DNA of 64,000 nucleotides from the human T2T-CHM13v2.0 reference genome, Homo sapiens. Below the pieces are notes generated by a model. The model was not told the DNA's origin. It did no database searches and saw nothing but the letters and a program-made list of their open reading frames with translations. This document shows, piece after piece, positions 26,120 to 41,005 of this stretch. Position numbers and translations under genes: made by a program. Numbering within the stretch: position 1 is the first letter of the stretch; each line of letters opens with the position of its first letter. The stretch lies in the NCBI RefSeq assembly GCF_009914755.1, contig NC_060928.1; one strand, given 5' to 3'.

Positions 26120-26629
26120 AAAGGCACTAGCACTGGCAGGCCATCGACCAGCAGAACAATGCGGAGTTTGGCCAGGGCAGTCGGAGGACAGCCTGGGCCG
26201 CTGAGCGGCTCAACTCCAGGGGAAAACCAACTCCCTTCTGGCTCCCCCATCTGCTGAGAGCTACTTCCACTCAATAAAACCGTGCACTCATTCTCTAAGC
26301 CCACATGTGATACAATTCTTCTGGTACACCAAGGCAAGAACCTGGGATACAGAAAGTCTTCTGTCCTTGTGACAAGGTAGAGGGTCTAATTGAGCTGGTT
26401 AACACAAGTGCCTATAGACAGCAAAACTAAAAAAGCACACAGTAGCACAGCCCACTGGTGCTTCAGGAGCAGTAAACATCCACCCCTAGACACTGGCGTG
26501 GGGTTGGAGCCCCAAAACCTGCCTGTCTGTATGCTCCCCTAGAGGTGTGAGCAGTGGGGCACTGAAGAAGCGACCCACTCCCACTGCCGCATGCCCTACG
26601 AAGGGGACAAGGGAACCTTTCCCGTTTCA
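26120..26629 (+). mobile_element. LTR1-like ERV1 LTR, 3' portion
   Basis: ccatctgctgagagctacttccactcaataaaac...gggaacctttcccgtttca; family name from memory. Confidence 0.72.
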
Positions 26630-26883
26630 TTGTTAGAGGTCAAAGCTTTTTCCATGGCACATGCCCAGTCTACATAACTTGCAGTTTTGGCTCTGTTATA
26701 CCTACAGGGTAACTGGCCATTTTGTTATCAACAGAGTAGGGCCAGTTTGGGCTGGCTCTGAGGTTATAATATACGGCCAGCTGAGTTTTGACAGGGATGC
26801 CAAGGCAATTCCATGGGGATAGGCAAGCTGGAACGACTGGAAATCCATAAGGAAAAAAAAGAACCTTTATTCTTACCTCATAC

Positions 26884-27278
26884 TGATGCAGGAATTTTTG
26901 CTCCTTAGCTCAGCTAAAATCCAGGTTCTTGTCTCATGACCAGGAACAATTAGGCATGTGAATACATTGCAAGGTGAAGAGTGGCATTTATTAAAAGCTC
27001 TTAGCAAAAAAACAAGGAGGGTCCTGCCAACAGGCTCCCAGCTCACAGACTGAATAACAGGCCAACACACACAAGCTGAAGACTTCTTGCTCATCCCTGC
27101 TGCATAAGGCTGAATTCCCTCTGGCTGCACCCCACTCTCCTGGTGCAGTGGGCCCCCAAGTCCCTTGTGGGCATGCCCAGACAAGACCCTGGGCAGGCTT
27201 CCTCAGCTGCACAAAAGCTTGTGAGGCAGGTCAGAGATTCTCCAGGGACCCTCCCTTATCTGCCTCCAGCATCTATCG
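26884..27278 (-). mobile_element. MER48-like solo LTR
   Basis: tgatgcaggaatttttgctccttagctcagctaaa... 395 bp with TSD ATAC on both sides. Confidence 0.75.
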
Positions 27279-27289
27279 ATACTATAAAG

Positions 27290-28424
<1,135 letters not shown>

Positions 28425-28651
28425 GCGGCGCACAACGCTTAACAAACTTTGGCTTCCGTTATCCCTCCCTCTGGAAATGCGTGTGTCAGGGTGCCTCCTA
28501 GTGGAACTGCAGCGTTTCCTCGAAAGCCATTCCGTCCAGGAGTTAAGGTGGCCGCTGCCCGCCCGGGGACACTTTCTCAGTCCAGCCCATCGGCCTTTAC
28601 CCCAGCCAACGACCTGTTGCCTTTGGCCGCCTGCCAAGTCACTCTCATTAC

Positions 28652-28715
28652 AGTTTCCTTTTCCTTTTCGATTCCGCCCCCTAAAAACAACAACAAACAT
28701 TATGTTTCGTTTTCC
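28652..28715 (+). promoter_or_regulatory. HERC5: Two ISRE/IRF elements (AGTTTCCTTTTCCTTTTCG at 28652; GTTTCGTTTTCC at 28704)
   Basis: match to the AGTTTCNNTTTC consensus ~215-280 nt upstream of the ATG; HERC5 is an established interferon-stimulated gene. Confidence 0.8.
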
Positions 28716-28929
28716 ACTGGAGCTGCAGGCCCCGCCCCCAAACAGCACGTGGGGGGCGTGGCGTCCCGGCAGGGGCTCAGTAGCTGAGGCTGCGGTTCCC
28801 CGACGCCACGCAGCTGCGCGCAGCTGGTTCCCGCTCTGCAGCGCAACGCCTGAGGCAGTGGGCGCGCTCAGTCCCGGGACCAGGCGTTCTCTCCTCTCGC
28901 CTCTGGGCCTGGGACCCCGCAAAGCGGCG

Positions 28930-29194
28930 ATGGAGCGGAGGTCGCGGAGGAAGTCGCGGCGCAACGGGCGCTCGACCGCGGGCAAGGCCGCCGCGACCCA
29001 GCCCGCGAAGTCTCCGGGCGCACAGCTCTGGCTCTTTCCCAGCGCCGCGGGCCTCCACCGCGCGCTGCTCCGGAGGGTGGAGGTGACGCGCCAACTCTGC
29101 TGCTCGCCGGGGCGCCTCGCGGTCTTGGAACGCGGCGGGGCGGGCGTCCAGGTTCACCAGCTGCTCGCCGGGAGCGGCGGCGCCCGGACGCCGA
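28930..29194 (+). CDS. HERC5: HERC5 exon 1 coding part (MERRSRRKSRRNGRS...GARTP)
   Basis: gcgATGG Kozak context, A|GTgagt donor, 265 nt phase 1. Confidence 0.95.
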
Positions 29195-31006
29195 GTGAGT
29201 GGGGCTGGTGTGTGAGGGCTGTGAGGGCTGTGAGGGGTGAGGGCTGAGGGCTGTGAGGGGCGGGCAGCCGGGGGTCCGCGCCTGAGGGAGGAGAGCCCAG
29301 AAGGCCGCAGACGCGCGCCTGGCTCGGATAGTTTCGCCGACGGCGCACCTGAGCTGTCTTTTATCCCGGTCAGTGTCAGGCGCGGGGTGAGCGGGATACT
29401 GGCGACCAGCGGATCCTCCGCTCAGCAAAGTGGCCGGTGCGGGGCATGCGGGCACCGTCTTCATCCTTTTAGCCAGTCTGGCTTTCTCATAGGTTTCTGT
29501 TCAAGTTTGTACCCCCGTCCCCCGCCCGCCGCATCTCCCACTGTCTCGTTTTGAGAAAGTAGTCACTGCTCCAACTTTGGGAGTCGTTCTCAGTGATGGG
29601 ATTTTACCTTGGCCTTCAGTTGCACTTCTCCCACATTCTCATCGAAGTGGGGGAAATAGTTGCCCGCGTTCTTTAAAATTTTGCCCATCTGTGGAGTGAA
29701 GAAATTGGTATCTTGCTGCGAGTTTATTTTGCGTTTAACTACTGGACGTTTGCGTTCCTTTTTCGGTAAATTGCCTGTTTATCTTTGCCTGGCTTTTAGA
29801 AATTTGAGTTGTTAAATCTTTTTCTTATTTGTATGGAAGAGGTATTTGAATATTGAATAAGAATAGCCTTTTGCACGTCGTACATGTAATATTTTTCTCA
29901 CTTTGCCTTTTGTGCATGTTGTTTTTAGTGCATTTTTTGGGGGGTAGTCTGTCAATTTTTTTGTCTGTTAAGGCTTATGGGTTTTATGTTAGGCTGGAAA
30001 GCTATCCACACTCCCAGTGTTTTAAAAAATGTACTCATTTTTGTAGTAATTTTAAGGTTTTTTTTTTTAAGTTAAAATTTTTCGTACGCTTGGAATTTTC
30101 AGTACTGAGGTAGGAGGGGAGCTAGATTTATTTGCTTTTCCAAAGGCTTAGCCTATGTCCCAATACCATTTCTTAATACTTCCTTTTTTTCAACTGATTT
30201 GAAATGCTGAGACTCTTTAAAAGAAACCGTTAGTCTGCTGGACCATTTCTTATTACCAAACTGTTTTGGTTCCCCTAGCATTTGTAATATGGTTTGTGCT
30301 TTGAGATTTTTACACGAATAGATTCTATTTCATTAGCACTGAAGATGAAACAAGGTCCCAAAACTATCCTAGTTTAATTTTTGTGAACAAATTAAATAAG
30401 AGTACATTTTTACTAGTGGACAGTTTAATCTCTTAACTTCAGAAAGGGCCAAATGTGCACTAATGCCAATGAAAAATGTTTTCAACAGCATCCTCTTTAA
30501 AGATAGTCCCCCAAACATAATCCTTCCTTTTAAGAATATAGGCATTGGTTTCTATTGGTAACTGTCGGGAAGTGTTTATTACTGTTATTTGCTTTTTGGG
30601 AGAAAGGAATGTGTTTCAGAATACACTATTTGTTCTTGAAATGAGATTATGTTGTCTTAAAGTTATATTTTCTTATAGACCTTTTCATCTTTGTCATTTC
30701 AAATTTCGTTCGTCTTAATAAACAAGAACCTAAAAGCAGATATTTAATTGGATATTTTAAGGGTATGTTCCATTTACAACAAAGTATACATCAATATTTT
30801 TTCTAATTAAAAAAAATCTATGTCAAGACCGTTGTCTTTCCTGATTTGCTTTGCCTACCTGAATTTTCTTAAGAGAAGTTCATGGTAAGTCAAAGCTTGT
30901 CTAGTTGAAATTTTTCCCAGATGTTTTAAGTGTATTATAATGAAGTTAGTAATACAGTGGGTAATAATCAAAGTGACAATAGTTCCTGGTTGGATTTGCT
31001 CTGTAG

Positions 31007-31130
31007 AATGCATTAAATTAGGAAAAAACATGAAGATACATTCCGTGGACCAAGGAGCAGAGCACATGCTGATTCTCTCATCAGATGGAAAACCATTTGA
31101 GTATGACAACTATAGCATGAAACATCTAAG
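31007..31130 (+). CDS. HERC5: HERC5 exon 2 (CIKLGKNMKIHSVDQGAEHMLILSSDGKPFEY...)
   Basis: ctgtAG acceptor, AG|GTaggg donor, 124 nt phase 1/2; RCC1-like repeat. Confidence 0.93.
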
Positions 31131-31754
31131 GTAGGGAACTTTTTTCTTTTATTAAAAATTAATTTTAATCAAAAGACAATAATAATTTCTGTAGGAAATA
31201 TCTGATTCTTGTCCCCTGCTTTATATAGTAGCATCTTAAGTAAATAATAAATTCTGAACTGACCAGTAAAGTCCTTATGTCCCCCAGGGCAGGTATCATG
31301 TGTTGTTTTGGCATTTAAAGGAAATGATTAAATAGTCTGCCTAGCCCTAAATTGGACTTTCCTATTCATTAACTCATTTGATCCTCACAATAATCCTATA
31401 AGTTAAATTTCTGGAAATAAAAGTTTTTAACCTAGAAAAAATACACATTATCATGAAATAATTTGTGAGACTTTTCCCTAGTAGATTATATGAATTAGAA
31501 CTCATTTTCATCTTGCATTTATTCCTGCATCCTAAAATTGTTTGCATAATATTTTATTATAATTATGTAATGCATATTTTTTCTTAATTAAAACATAGTA
31601 TTTAAAAAATAATTTTAGATGTACTGAATGTGATGCAGTAAATTGAAAGTTTTTTCTTGAGCTTCATTTCTAATTAAATACTATTAATAGTTCTAAAATC
31701 CATGTTGTAACTTTCATTATGGTGATTAACACAAAGTGTATTTTCCTTCATCAG

Positions 31755-31831
31755 GTTTGAAAGCATTTTACAAGAAAAAAAAATAATTCAGATCACATGT
31801 GGAGATTACCATTCTCTTGCACTCTCAAAAG
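31755..31831 (+). CDS. HERC5: HERC5 exon 3 (FESILQEKKIIQITCGDYHSLALSK)
   Basis: atcAG acceptor, G|GTaatt donor, 77 nt phase 2/1; CG..HSLAL RCC1 motif. Confidence 0.95.
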
Positions 31832-32367
31832 GTAATTTTTCTGTAATATTAATAGTTTTGTAGAAGTAATACCTGTGTGTATATGTGGAGCCAGTAGAAT
31901 GTCTATATTTCACTTGTAACAGGACAGAAATACAGTTTTGAATTTGATATGGTTCCGAGTACGATTCTTAAAGTAAATACATAATGAGAGAATTCTTGGA
32001 TCTGTAAAATGTTCAGGTTTCCAAAATTACTATTCCTAAATTTGGTTTCATGTTTTTATTTTTCAAGTACGAAACAGTGAAAATTTTCTGAATAATCAAA
32101 ACTGTTTTCTCTACATCTGATCCAGGCCTGGGGCCACCCTTTTCCAGAAACTGCTTCCCTTTTCCTAACACCTTTCCAACTTCCACTCTTCCGGCTCAGA
32201 ATCCCCTTTTGTGGCCAGGCTGCAGACCTCTGATACGTTTTAACATTGCTTTTGAATTCAAGGATCTCCCTAGCCCTGTAGTATTTCCCATTTTCTATCA
32301 GACACTGTCATGGTGGGAAATGGAAGCAGTGAATATGAATTATTTCCTAAAGAAACTTGACTATGAG

Positions 32368-32718
<351 letters not shown>

Positions 32719-33794
32719 TCAAGGGAATTTTTGTTAATATATAGGACAGATGTAAACATGTTCATAAACTGAATAGAATCTGGGATTCAAGGGAAGTTAA
32801 TAATTAGTGAGTATTTGACCTTCATTGCAAGGCCTGTTGAGATTTGATAGTATGAACTTGTATTGGAAGAAATTGATCATTTGACTTCATTCATTCATGA
32901 ACAAATATTTCATATTATCTACTGTGTTCGGATTATGAAGATGAAACACACAAGCCCTGCCTTTAAGAAGCCCAGGGTCTAGAGGCGTGTATGTACAAGG
33001 GTAAAGGGATATTCAGAGTTTATTACTAGTAAATCACAGTACAGAAAGAATAAAAGTTGGGGAAGCAAGAAAAGAAACTGGTCATGCTCATCATTATATT
33101 CCTGGTGGTTGACAGGTGCATGAAAATTGTGTGTGAAGGAGAGGCTCTGCTTCCCACCACATCCTGCACAATATCTTGCAAAGAGATTCCAGTAAACCTT
33201 AATTCTCTGGTGTATTTTTTTAGACTCTATTAGATATTGTCAGCTCTATCAGATAACATCTAAGAACGCTCCCTAAAAAATGTGCTCCATATATTCAGTT
33301 AATGGAAGAAGAAACTGACTCGTTCAAGAAACTGTAATTTGAAATTAATTTTACAGTTGTTTATTTGGGATCTTGTAATTTCAAATGAATTTTACAGTTG
33401 TTTATTTGGGATCATTAGGCACATGAGAGAAAACAGTAGCGCTGGGGTTTTTCATAGAGGTAGATTGCTTCTGTTTTTCATGGGCCCGTCCTCTGAGTGT
33501 TTTAAAGTAAATATTTCTTGAATTTGATTTATAATCAAATTTATTATGTTGAAGATATTATTTAATATGTTCAAATAGCTTCACTTTTGAAGTGAGGGAT
33601 AAGGAAGTGTAACTGTCACTGCTAAAGAGAAGATTCTGTGTTTTTCTGTGGCAGACATAGGGTAACTGAGAGTACCATCAGTGCAAAGGTACAATATTGT
33701 GATATTATACTAGGTAGAGCATGCATAATGCTTTAGGGTAATGTCTGCTGCATTTTAAATGGAATAAAACAGCATTTGCTTTGTTTATGTCAAG

Positions 33795-34016
33795 GTGGTG
33801 AGCTTTTTGCCTGGGGACAGAACCTGCATGGGCAGCTTGGAGTTGGAAGGAAATTTCCCTCAACCACCACACCACAGATTGTGGAGCACCTCGCAGGAGT
33901 ACCCTTGGCTCAGATTTCTGCCGGAGAAGCCCACAGCATGGCCTTATCCATGTCTGGCAACATTTATTCATGGGGAAAAAATGAATGTGGACAACTAGGC
34001 CTGGGCCACACTGAGA
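33795..34016 (+). CDS. HERC5: HERC5 exon 4 (GELFAWGQNLHGQLG...SWGKNECGQLGLGHTE)
   Basis: caAG acceptor, A|GTatgg donor, 222 nt phase 1/1; WG.N..GQLG RCC1 repeats. Confidence 0.95.
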
Positions 34017-35191
34017 GTATGGAACACATTCTCAGATTCCTATTACCAACAGATATACTTGTTAGATGAATTTAATGGACCTCCCTGTCAAAAATGGTTC
34101 AAATCTTCACTTTCATTTTCACTGCTCTTCCTGATTACCTCTCTGTCTTCAGGGCAGAATCAGTCCAAGAAGCATACATAGTGTGGAAGTTGTTACTGTA
34201 ATTGAGACATGTTTCAGGGCTGTGTGTGAGACGGGAAAGGGCATTGAATTAGGGATGAGAACCTGGATTCTGATTCCCACTTTGCAGTTTACTAACTGCA
34301 AGCCTTGCCCAGTCACTAAACTTTTCTCTAGACCTCATTTTCTTTTTCTGTCAAGTGACAAGTTTGGATGAGATGACCTTTAAAGCCTTTGCACTTAAAG
34401 TCTGTTAGTGTATTATTACAAAAGAATACTAAAATTATATTTAAGAACTCACATATCCTGATCTTATTCTATAAGGTATCAATTATGTCTGTAAACACAC
34501 ATGAAGAAACATGTAATTTCCATTATTGAACAAAGCTGATGGTGAAATTTCTCATGATCCCAAACAACTCATTAAGAGTTTTCAGGTGTAAGAAATTCTG
34601 CTGCTTTACCCAGCTGTGGTACTGTATGCATTACCCTGGATCACTGGTTACTCATTTCTCCCTGACACAGTGCAATGGTCATTACACAGAATAGCCCATA
34701 AGTCAGTGTTAGAAAAATATTCAAAGGAGAGAAGAGAATAAAGCGGCCATTAAACTACTTTGGCTGAATCTCTGAGTGCTTTTGACATGAAAATAATCAT
34801 GAAGAAAAGAAGAGGTAGTGTCAGGTGATGACACTAGTAGATAATTTGAAAGAAAGGAATTGCTATGTTCATTAAAAGTAATTCTAGATGGCTGTTGGAA
34901 ATATCTAATGTGCTGCAATTAAAGTGAATCAAGTCATAACTGAGAACAGGCTTTGGGAAGTGGTTTGACCCTTTCACAGGTGGGTGCCCCTAAGTGTGAT
35001 CCTTTTGGCCACTGGTCCCACCTTCACCCTGAGGCGTAGAACTTGATCCTAAACATGGCAACATAGAGCCTTTCTTGTCAGAATATCATGAGAACTGTTG
35101 TCGCTGGGTTGAGAAGCAGCAGTCCAGGTAACTCCACTGTGAAACTCAGCATTTCCTTTTGGTCACTTCAGCTATTTTTTTCCTTACATAG

Positions 35192-35283
35192 GTAAAGATG
35201 ATCCATCCCTTATTGAAGGACTAGACAATCAGAAAGTTGAATTTGTCGCTTGTGGTGGCTCTCACAGTGCCCTACTCACACAG
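35192..35283 (+). CDS. HERC5: HERC5 exon 5 (KDDPSLIEGLDNQKVEFVACGGSHSALLTQ)
   Basis: catAG acceptor, CAG|GTgggt donor, 92 nt phase 1/0. Confidence 0.95.
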
Positions 35284-35514
35284 GTGGGTGTACCCTTGTC
35301 TCTTTTTGGCTGTATTTTTAGAAGAACAGTTTGTATGGGAAGTTAGTGTTTCCCAGAGAAGAAAGGTCATCACTTCCTGTATGTAGGACTGTCCTTCTGA
35401 TATTTAGGAGCTTTACTTTGACAGTGCTATTTATTAGTGATTCACTTTGCATCAGTGAATACTACTTTTTTATTTTATTTTTCTAGCATCTGATATGACA
35501 TTCCCTTTCCTTAG

Positions 35515-35645
35515 GATGGGCTGCTGTTTACTTTCGGTGCTGGAAAACATGGGCAACTTGGTCATAATTCAACACAGAATGAGCTAAGACCCTGTTTGGT
35601 GGCTGAGCTTGTTGGGTATAGAGTGACTCAGATAGCATGTGGAAG
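35515..35645 (+). CDS. HERC5: HERC5 exon 6 (DGLLFTFGAGKHGQLGH...QIACG)
   Basis: ccttAG acceptor, AG|GTaagt donor, 131 nt phase 0/2. Confidence 0.95.
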
Positions 35646-36119
35646 GTAAGTTGTAAAGTATCAATAAGAATTGATAAAATGAGTGCAGCAAACTAGATAG
35701 TAATTTAATAAAATTTCTTTCAGTTTCTTTGAGATGTATCAAACATTTTCAAATCAGTGAAAATGCTTAATTTATATTATTTAGATAAATGTAATACCCC
35801 TTTTACTATACATGGTTGTTTTCTTTGATTTTTTTTTTTTTTTTTTTTTTAAATGAGCAGATACAATTCACTTTCTGCTGTCTCCTTAGTGAAATACCTT
35901 TGTAACTATTCAGGTGCACTTTTGTCTTAAAAAAACAAGTCATTAATTGTTTATTTGGGAAAAATAAAATGTAAATCACAAAGGATTATTCATTAAATGT
36001 AATCACCCTCTCTGACAATGCCTTGTGGCCAACATACTTTTTAATTACCAGAGTTCTTTCATTGTAGCCTGCCCTGATCACAGTAAAGTATAAGACATAG
36101 TCAGTGATGGTTTGAGTGA

Positions 36120-36870
<751 letters not shown>

Positions 36871-37305
36871 TATTTAATTTTTTTGATTATCAGATATATC
36901 AGTCCACGTCTTGCCAGAGGGATGTTGGAAGTTGGTAGGATTAAAAAATATTTTCCCCCATATACACTTATTCTTTTGGGCAGTTTTTCCCTCACTAAAC
37001 GTAGAGCAAAATTCAGACTGTATTTGAATGCTGGGTTCATTTGTTAGTTTACTGAAACCATTCTTATAAAAAACTAGCATGAATACTTTCAGTCTGTAGG
37101 CATATTTTCTTATGATCTTGGAGTAGAATTACATAAATGGGTAATATTATTAAGGTAGACCAAATTATCGGAATATGAGTCTCTTCACCAAAGAAGCGTT
37201 CTCTTCAATATTTATACCTCATTCGGTATCTCTTAACCAAAGCAGTCTTATCACCTCTTTGGATTCTTCATTACATACAGTCCTTTTGAGTAGCATGTAT
37301 TACAA

Positions 37306-38290
37306 GAGAAGGAGGCAAGTTGGAGATCTGTCTTAATGCACATCAGGGCAATACCCCTACTAACAGGACAATTCACTGGAAAGACTCACGAACTTACTAA
37401 AAGCTATTATGCTCATAGTCACATTTATTACAAGAAAAGGATACAAACTAGTACCAGTCAAAGGAAGACACATAAGGGCAGGGTATAGGAGGGCTGCAAA
37501 TGCTGAGCTTGTGGCTGTCACCTCCCCTTGGAGCAGGTGGATGGTGTTATCTCTTCTGGCCTGATAATGTGACAGGACATACAGAATTTGCCAGCCAATC
37601 AGAGAAATTCACCCAAGTTGAGAGTTGTTTTTGTTTTTTCTGGTTTTTTTATTTTGGAGACAGGGTACAGGATGTACATAATCTGCCATCTAGTCAGAGG
37701 AGTTCACCCAAGTCAAGACCAAGTCAAGAGTTGTTTTTGGTTTGGTGGTTTTTTTTTTTTTTTGAGACAAGGTCTCACTCTGTCACCCAGGCTGGACTGC
37801 AGTGGTGCTATCATGGCTTACTGCAGCCTTGACCTCCCAGGCTCAAGCAATCCTCCTGCCTCAGCCTCCTGAGTAGCTGGGACCACAGGTCCACCATGCC
37901 CAGCTAATTTTTAAATTTGTTGTAGAGATAGGGTCTCCTTATATTGGCCAGGCTGGTCTTAAACTTCTGGGTTCAAAGTATCCTACTGCCTTGGCCTCCC
38001 AAAGTGCTGGGATTACAGGCATGAGCCACCACACCCCACCTAAATTGAGGGGTTTTATTGCTGAGGCATGATTGGTTAAATCATTGCCCGGATAGTTAAA
38101 CTTAATCTCCAGCACTGCCCTCCTGTAGGTCTGATTTACATCACAGGCCAGGAGAGCTCTCCCAGGATCCTGCCATGAATAATAAAGACTCTCCTCTATC
38201 ACTTGGGGAATTCTGTGGGTTTAGAGGTTACCTCCTAGGAACAGGGCACCAGCCAGACCTCTCTGGGCAAGGCAGATTCCTTGCTACACA
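37306..38290. mobile_element. MER21-like LTR interrupted by an antisense AluJ (~37750-38040)
   Basis: aagactcac.aactta..aaagctattat.ctca...ccatgaataataaagactctcctctatcact; family name from memory. Confidence 0.6.
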
Positions 38291-38717
38291 ACAGTATAGT
38301 GGAATATACAAACCAGCAAATCAATAGGAAAATCAGTGTGGTAAAGGTCTTTGAGAAATTAAGTGGGAACTCAACTGAGTCTTCCAGGATGGAAAGTGAA
38401 GGGACTCAGAGATGGTTTCCAAGAGGTGGTGACTCAAACTGATGTTGAAAAATGAGCAGAGGGCAAGGGGAGGTGCTTGTTTCAACAAAGGGAACACCAT
38501 TTGCCAAAGTATGACATCATGGTCTTGAGTGGCCTTTGGGTTCCAAAGTCTTTTCAGGTACATGTTGATTTCTTGGTTTCCAGATGATTTTCATCCTCTA
38601 AGAGATGTTTAGTTTCACTCTCACTGGGTAACATAGTTTTGGCAATTTACTGTATTGCTAAACACTCTCATCATTGTGGATAATTAAGAATTGACCATAT
38701 GTGCTTTTATTTAATAG

Positions 38718-38863
38718 GTGGCACACACTTGCCTATGTTTCTGATTTGGGAAAGGTCTTTTCCTTTGGTTCTGGAAAAGATGGACAACTGGGAAATGGTG
38801 GAACACGTGACCAGCTGATGCCGCTTCCAGTGAAAGTATCATCAAGTGAAGAACTCAAACTTG
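38718..38863 (+). CDS. HERC5: HERC5 exon 7 (WHTLAYVSDLGKVFSFGSGKDGQLG...ELKL)
   Basis: aatAG acceptor, G|GTaaat donor, 146 nt phase 2/1. Confidence 0.95.
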
Positions 38864-40004
38864 GTAAATTCTATAGGAACATAGGGTTTGGCATAGTATC
38901 TTTTTAGAGAAAATGATTTTTCTAACTAGGTAATGTGGCAAAGAAAGCAACATATGACTATGAAGGGAGTTTCTCTAAATACTGGTTTCATTTTTTACTG
39001 GTAAACAATTCAAGAGTCAGTCTAATTTACTGAGGCAAAATAATTATTCTATATTACTCCTTCAGATTAGGATTAATGTGAATTTAAATGATAAAATAGA
39101 CAATGGATTCAGAGGCATATGCAGCTCTCATTCCAGTTTGCAAGAGACTTACTAATTCTTGTAATTAGTTGTTTACTAATTCTTGTAATTGGCTGGTTGC
39201 CCTGGTTAAGTTGATCCACAGTCATATAAAACCCTCAGAATAATGAGCAATCAACGTATACCTGGCACTGAACTGTGCTCAGCACTTACTTGTGTTATCT
39301 CACCAATCCTTGTAACAGTTCCTGGGAGGTGTATTCTGTCACTCCTCTTTTACTGGAGGATAAAGAGACTTGGAGAGAAAAGGGTTAGCCACTTAATCAT
39401 GGCCAGTAAGTGGTTTGTCTGGAGTTGAACCCGTGCCCTTTATGACCTCAGAGTCTGAGCTCTGAAACACTCCATTGTAGAAGCACCTTGGAGCATTTCT
39501 GTTACTTGTTTCTGAAAGCTTAGTGGTGACCTCAAGTAACAAAATCTACTCATTTCTTGTAGGAAAACGAACAGAGTTATTTCCTTAAGCAGCATGTATT
39601 ATCTTTGATTCCTTATAACAGTTACATGGGCTTAAAGTACTTATATTCTTTATAGCCAGCAGTCATTGCTTAAATCTTGAAAACATGGTTTTTAGTAATG
39701 GGAGTTGAATTAAACTGATAACATTTAGCTAATCAAATATTTGCATTTTATATATAAATATTTGTATTATGTATATTAAACTGATGTCACATGTCCACCT
39801 TGTGAATTACCTATGTTTGCCAACTAGACTTTACTCCAAAGGATATGTATTTCAGCTGCTTAATTGGCAGAAAATGTACTAAGTTTTGTCTATTAAGAAG
39901 AAAAGATGACTACGTTTAAGAAGAATCTGAAGTTATTTAAATTGAACATGCATGTTTGTGCCAAATGACTTTCTAAAACTCTTACTCTTTGTGCATCCTT
40001 TCAG

Positions 40005-40081
40005 AAAGCCATACCTCAGAAAAGGAGTTAATAATGATTGCTGGAGGGAATCAAAGCATTTTGCTCTGGATAAAGAAAGAG
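40005..40081 (+). CDS. HERC5: HERC5 exon 8 (SHTSEKELIMIAGGNQSILLWIKKE)
   Basis: tttcAG acceptor, GAG|GTaaaa donor, 77 nt phase 1/0. Confidence 0.92.
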
Positions 40082-40815
40082 GTAAAAATAGATCTCCAGG
40101 TGTTCTATAACCTGGTATTTTAAGCAAAACTAAGGGTTCTAGTATCCAAGTTTGGTGAATTCCAAAATCATCAGTTTACCAGGCTGACTTTTTGGGGGAT
40201 AGCTGGACATTACTGATCCTTTATTGTCTAAACTACATCAGTATTTTCCCACAAAAATCAGCAGATTTTTCTCTGGTGAATGTCTAATCAGTGTGATTTC
40301 CATAGGCTATACTTACCTTTTGGGGGCTACTTGCCAATGATGTTTGGTCAGTATCCTTGCAAACAACAGAGTGACAGATTCTAAAAATGACTTTGCAGGC
40401 CAGTACTAAGAAAGACACCAAGGTTCATGGGCTTGCAAATAAAAAGTCCATAACTTCCCTGCCCTACTTCACCAAGTGAAATCGAGTTCCTCACACTTCT
40501 GCACACAGCTCTTTCAGGATCTTCCCTTCCCTTCAAGGCTGTCTGATGTTCAGTTTAATTTGATTGTATTTGTATAAAGTGCTGAGTGTTGAGTCCTCAA
40601 AGAAATTTACTTTCAGTCTAAGCCCCCTTGGACAAGAAAGTGGCAACCAGGCAAATGATTGATTACTTATTTGTTGAGTATCACTTTGTGATTGTCCCAG
40701 GGCTGTATTACACATATTTAAAAGTCAGTTTTACTCTCTAGAGTGTACCTAAAAGTTGGGTGCCTATCTCTGATGTGTCTAAATTATTGTATTTTACTTT
40801 CCTGTTTGTTTACAG

Positions 40816-40919
40816 AATTCATATGTTAATCTGAAGAGGACAATTCCTACTCTGAATGAAGGGACTGTAAAGAGATGGATTGCTGATGTGGAGACTAAAC
40901 GGTGGCAGAGCACAAAAAG
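40816..40919 (+). CDS. HERC5: HERC5 exon 9 (NSYVNLKRTIPTLNEGTVKRWIADVETKRWQSTK)
   Basis: ttacAG acceptor, AG|GTacac donor, 104 nt phase 0/2. Confidence 0.9.
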
Positions 40920-41005
40920 GTACACCCCACAGTCTGACTCTCTGCTTATATATCACTCTCAAGTATCATTTCCCAAACTGGTTCTGCACAGCAATATGAG
41001 ATTTT

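Noticed and set aside
33348-33413. Short direct repeats (here ~24 bp; similar ones near 1118, 39149 and 59145)
   Set aside because: Ordinary slippage-type microduplications with no other signal.
40140-40720. Unique-looking intronic block with a minus-strand GGTAAGT donor near 40311-40317
   Set aside because: No matching acceptor, ORF or recognisable homology to support an antisense exon.
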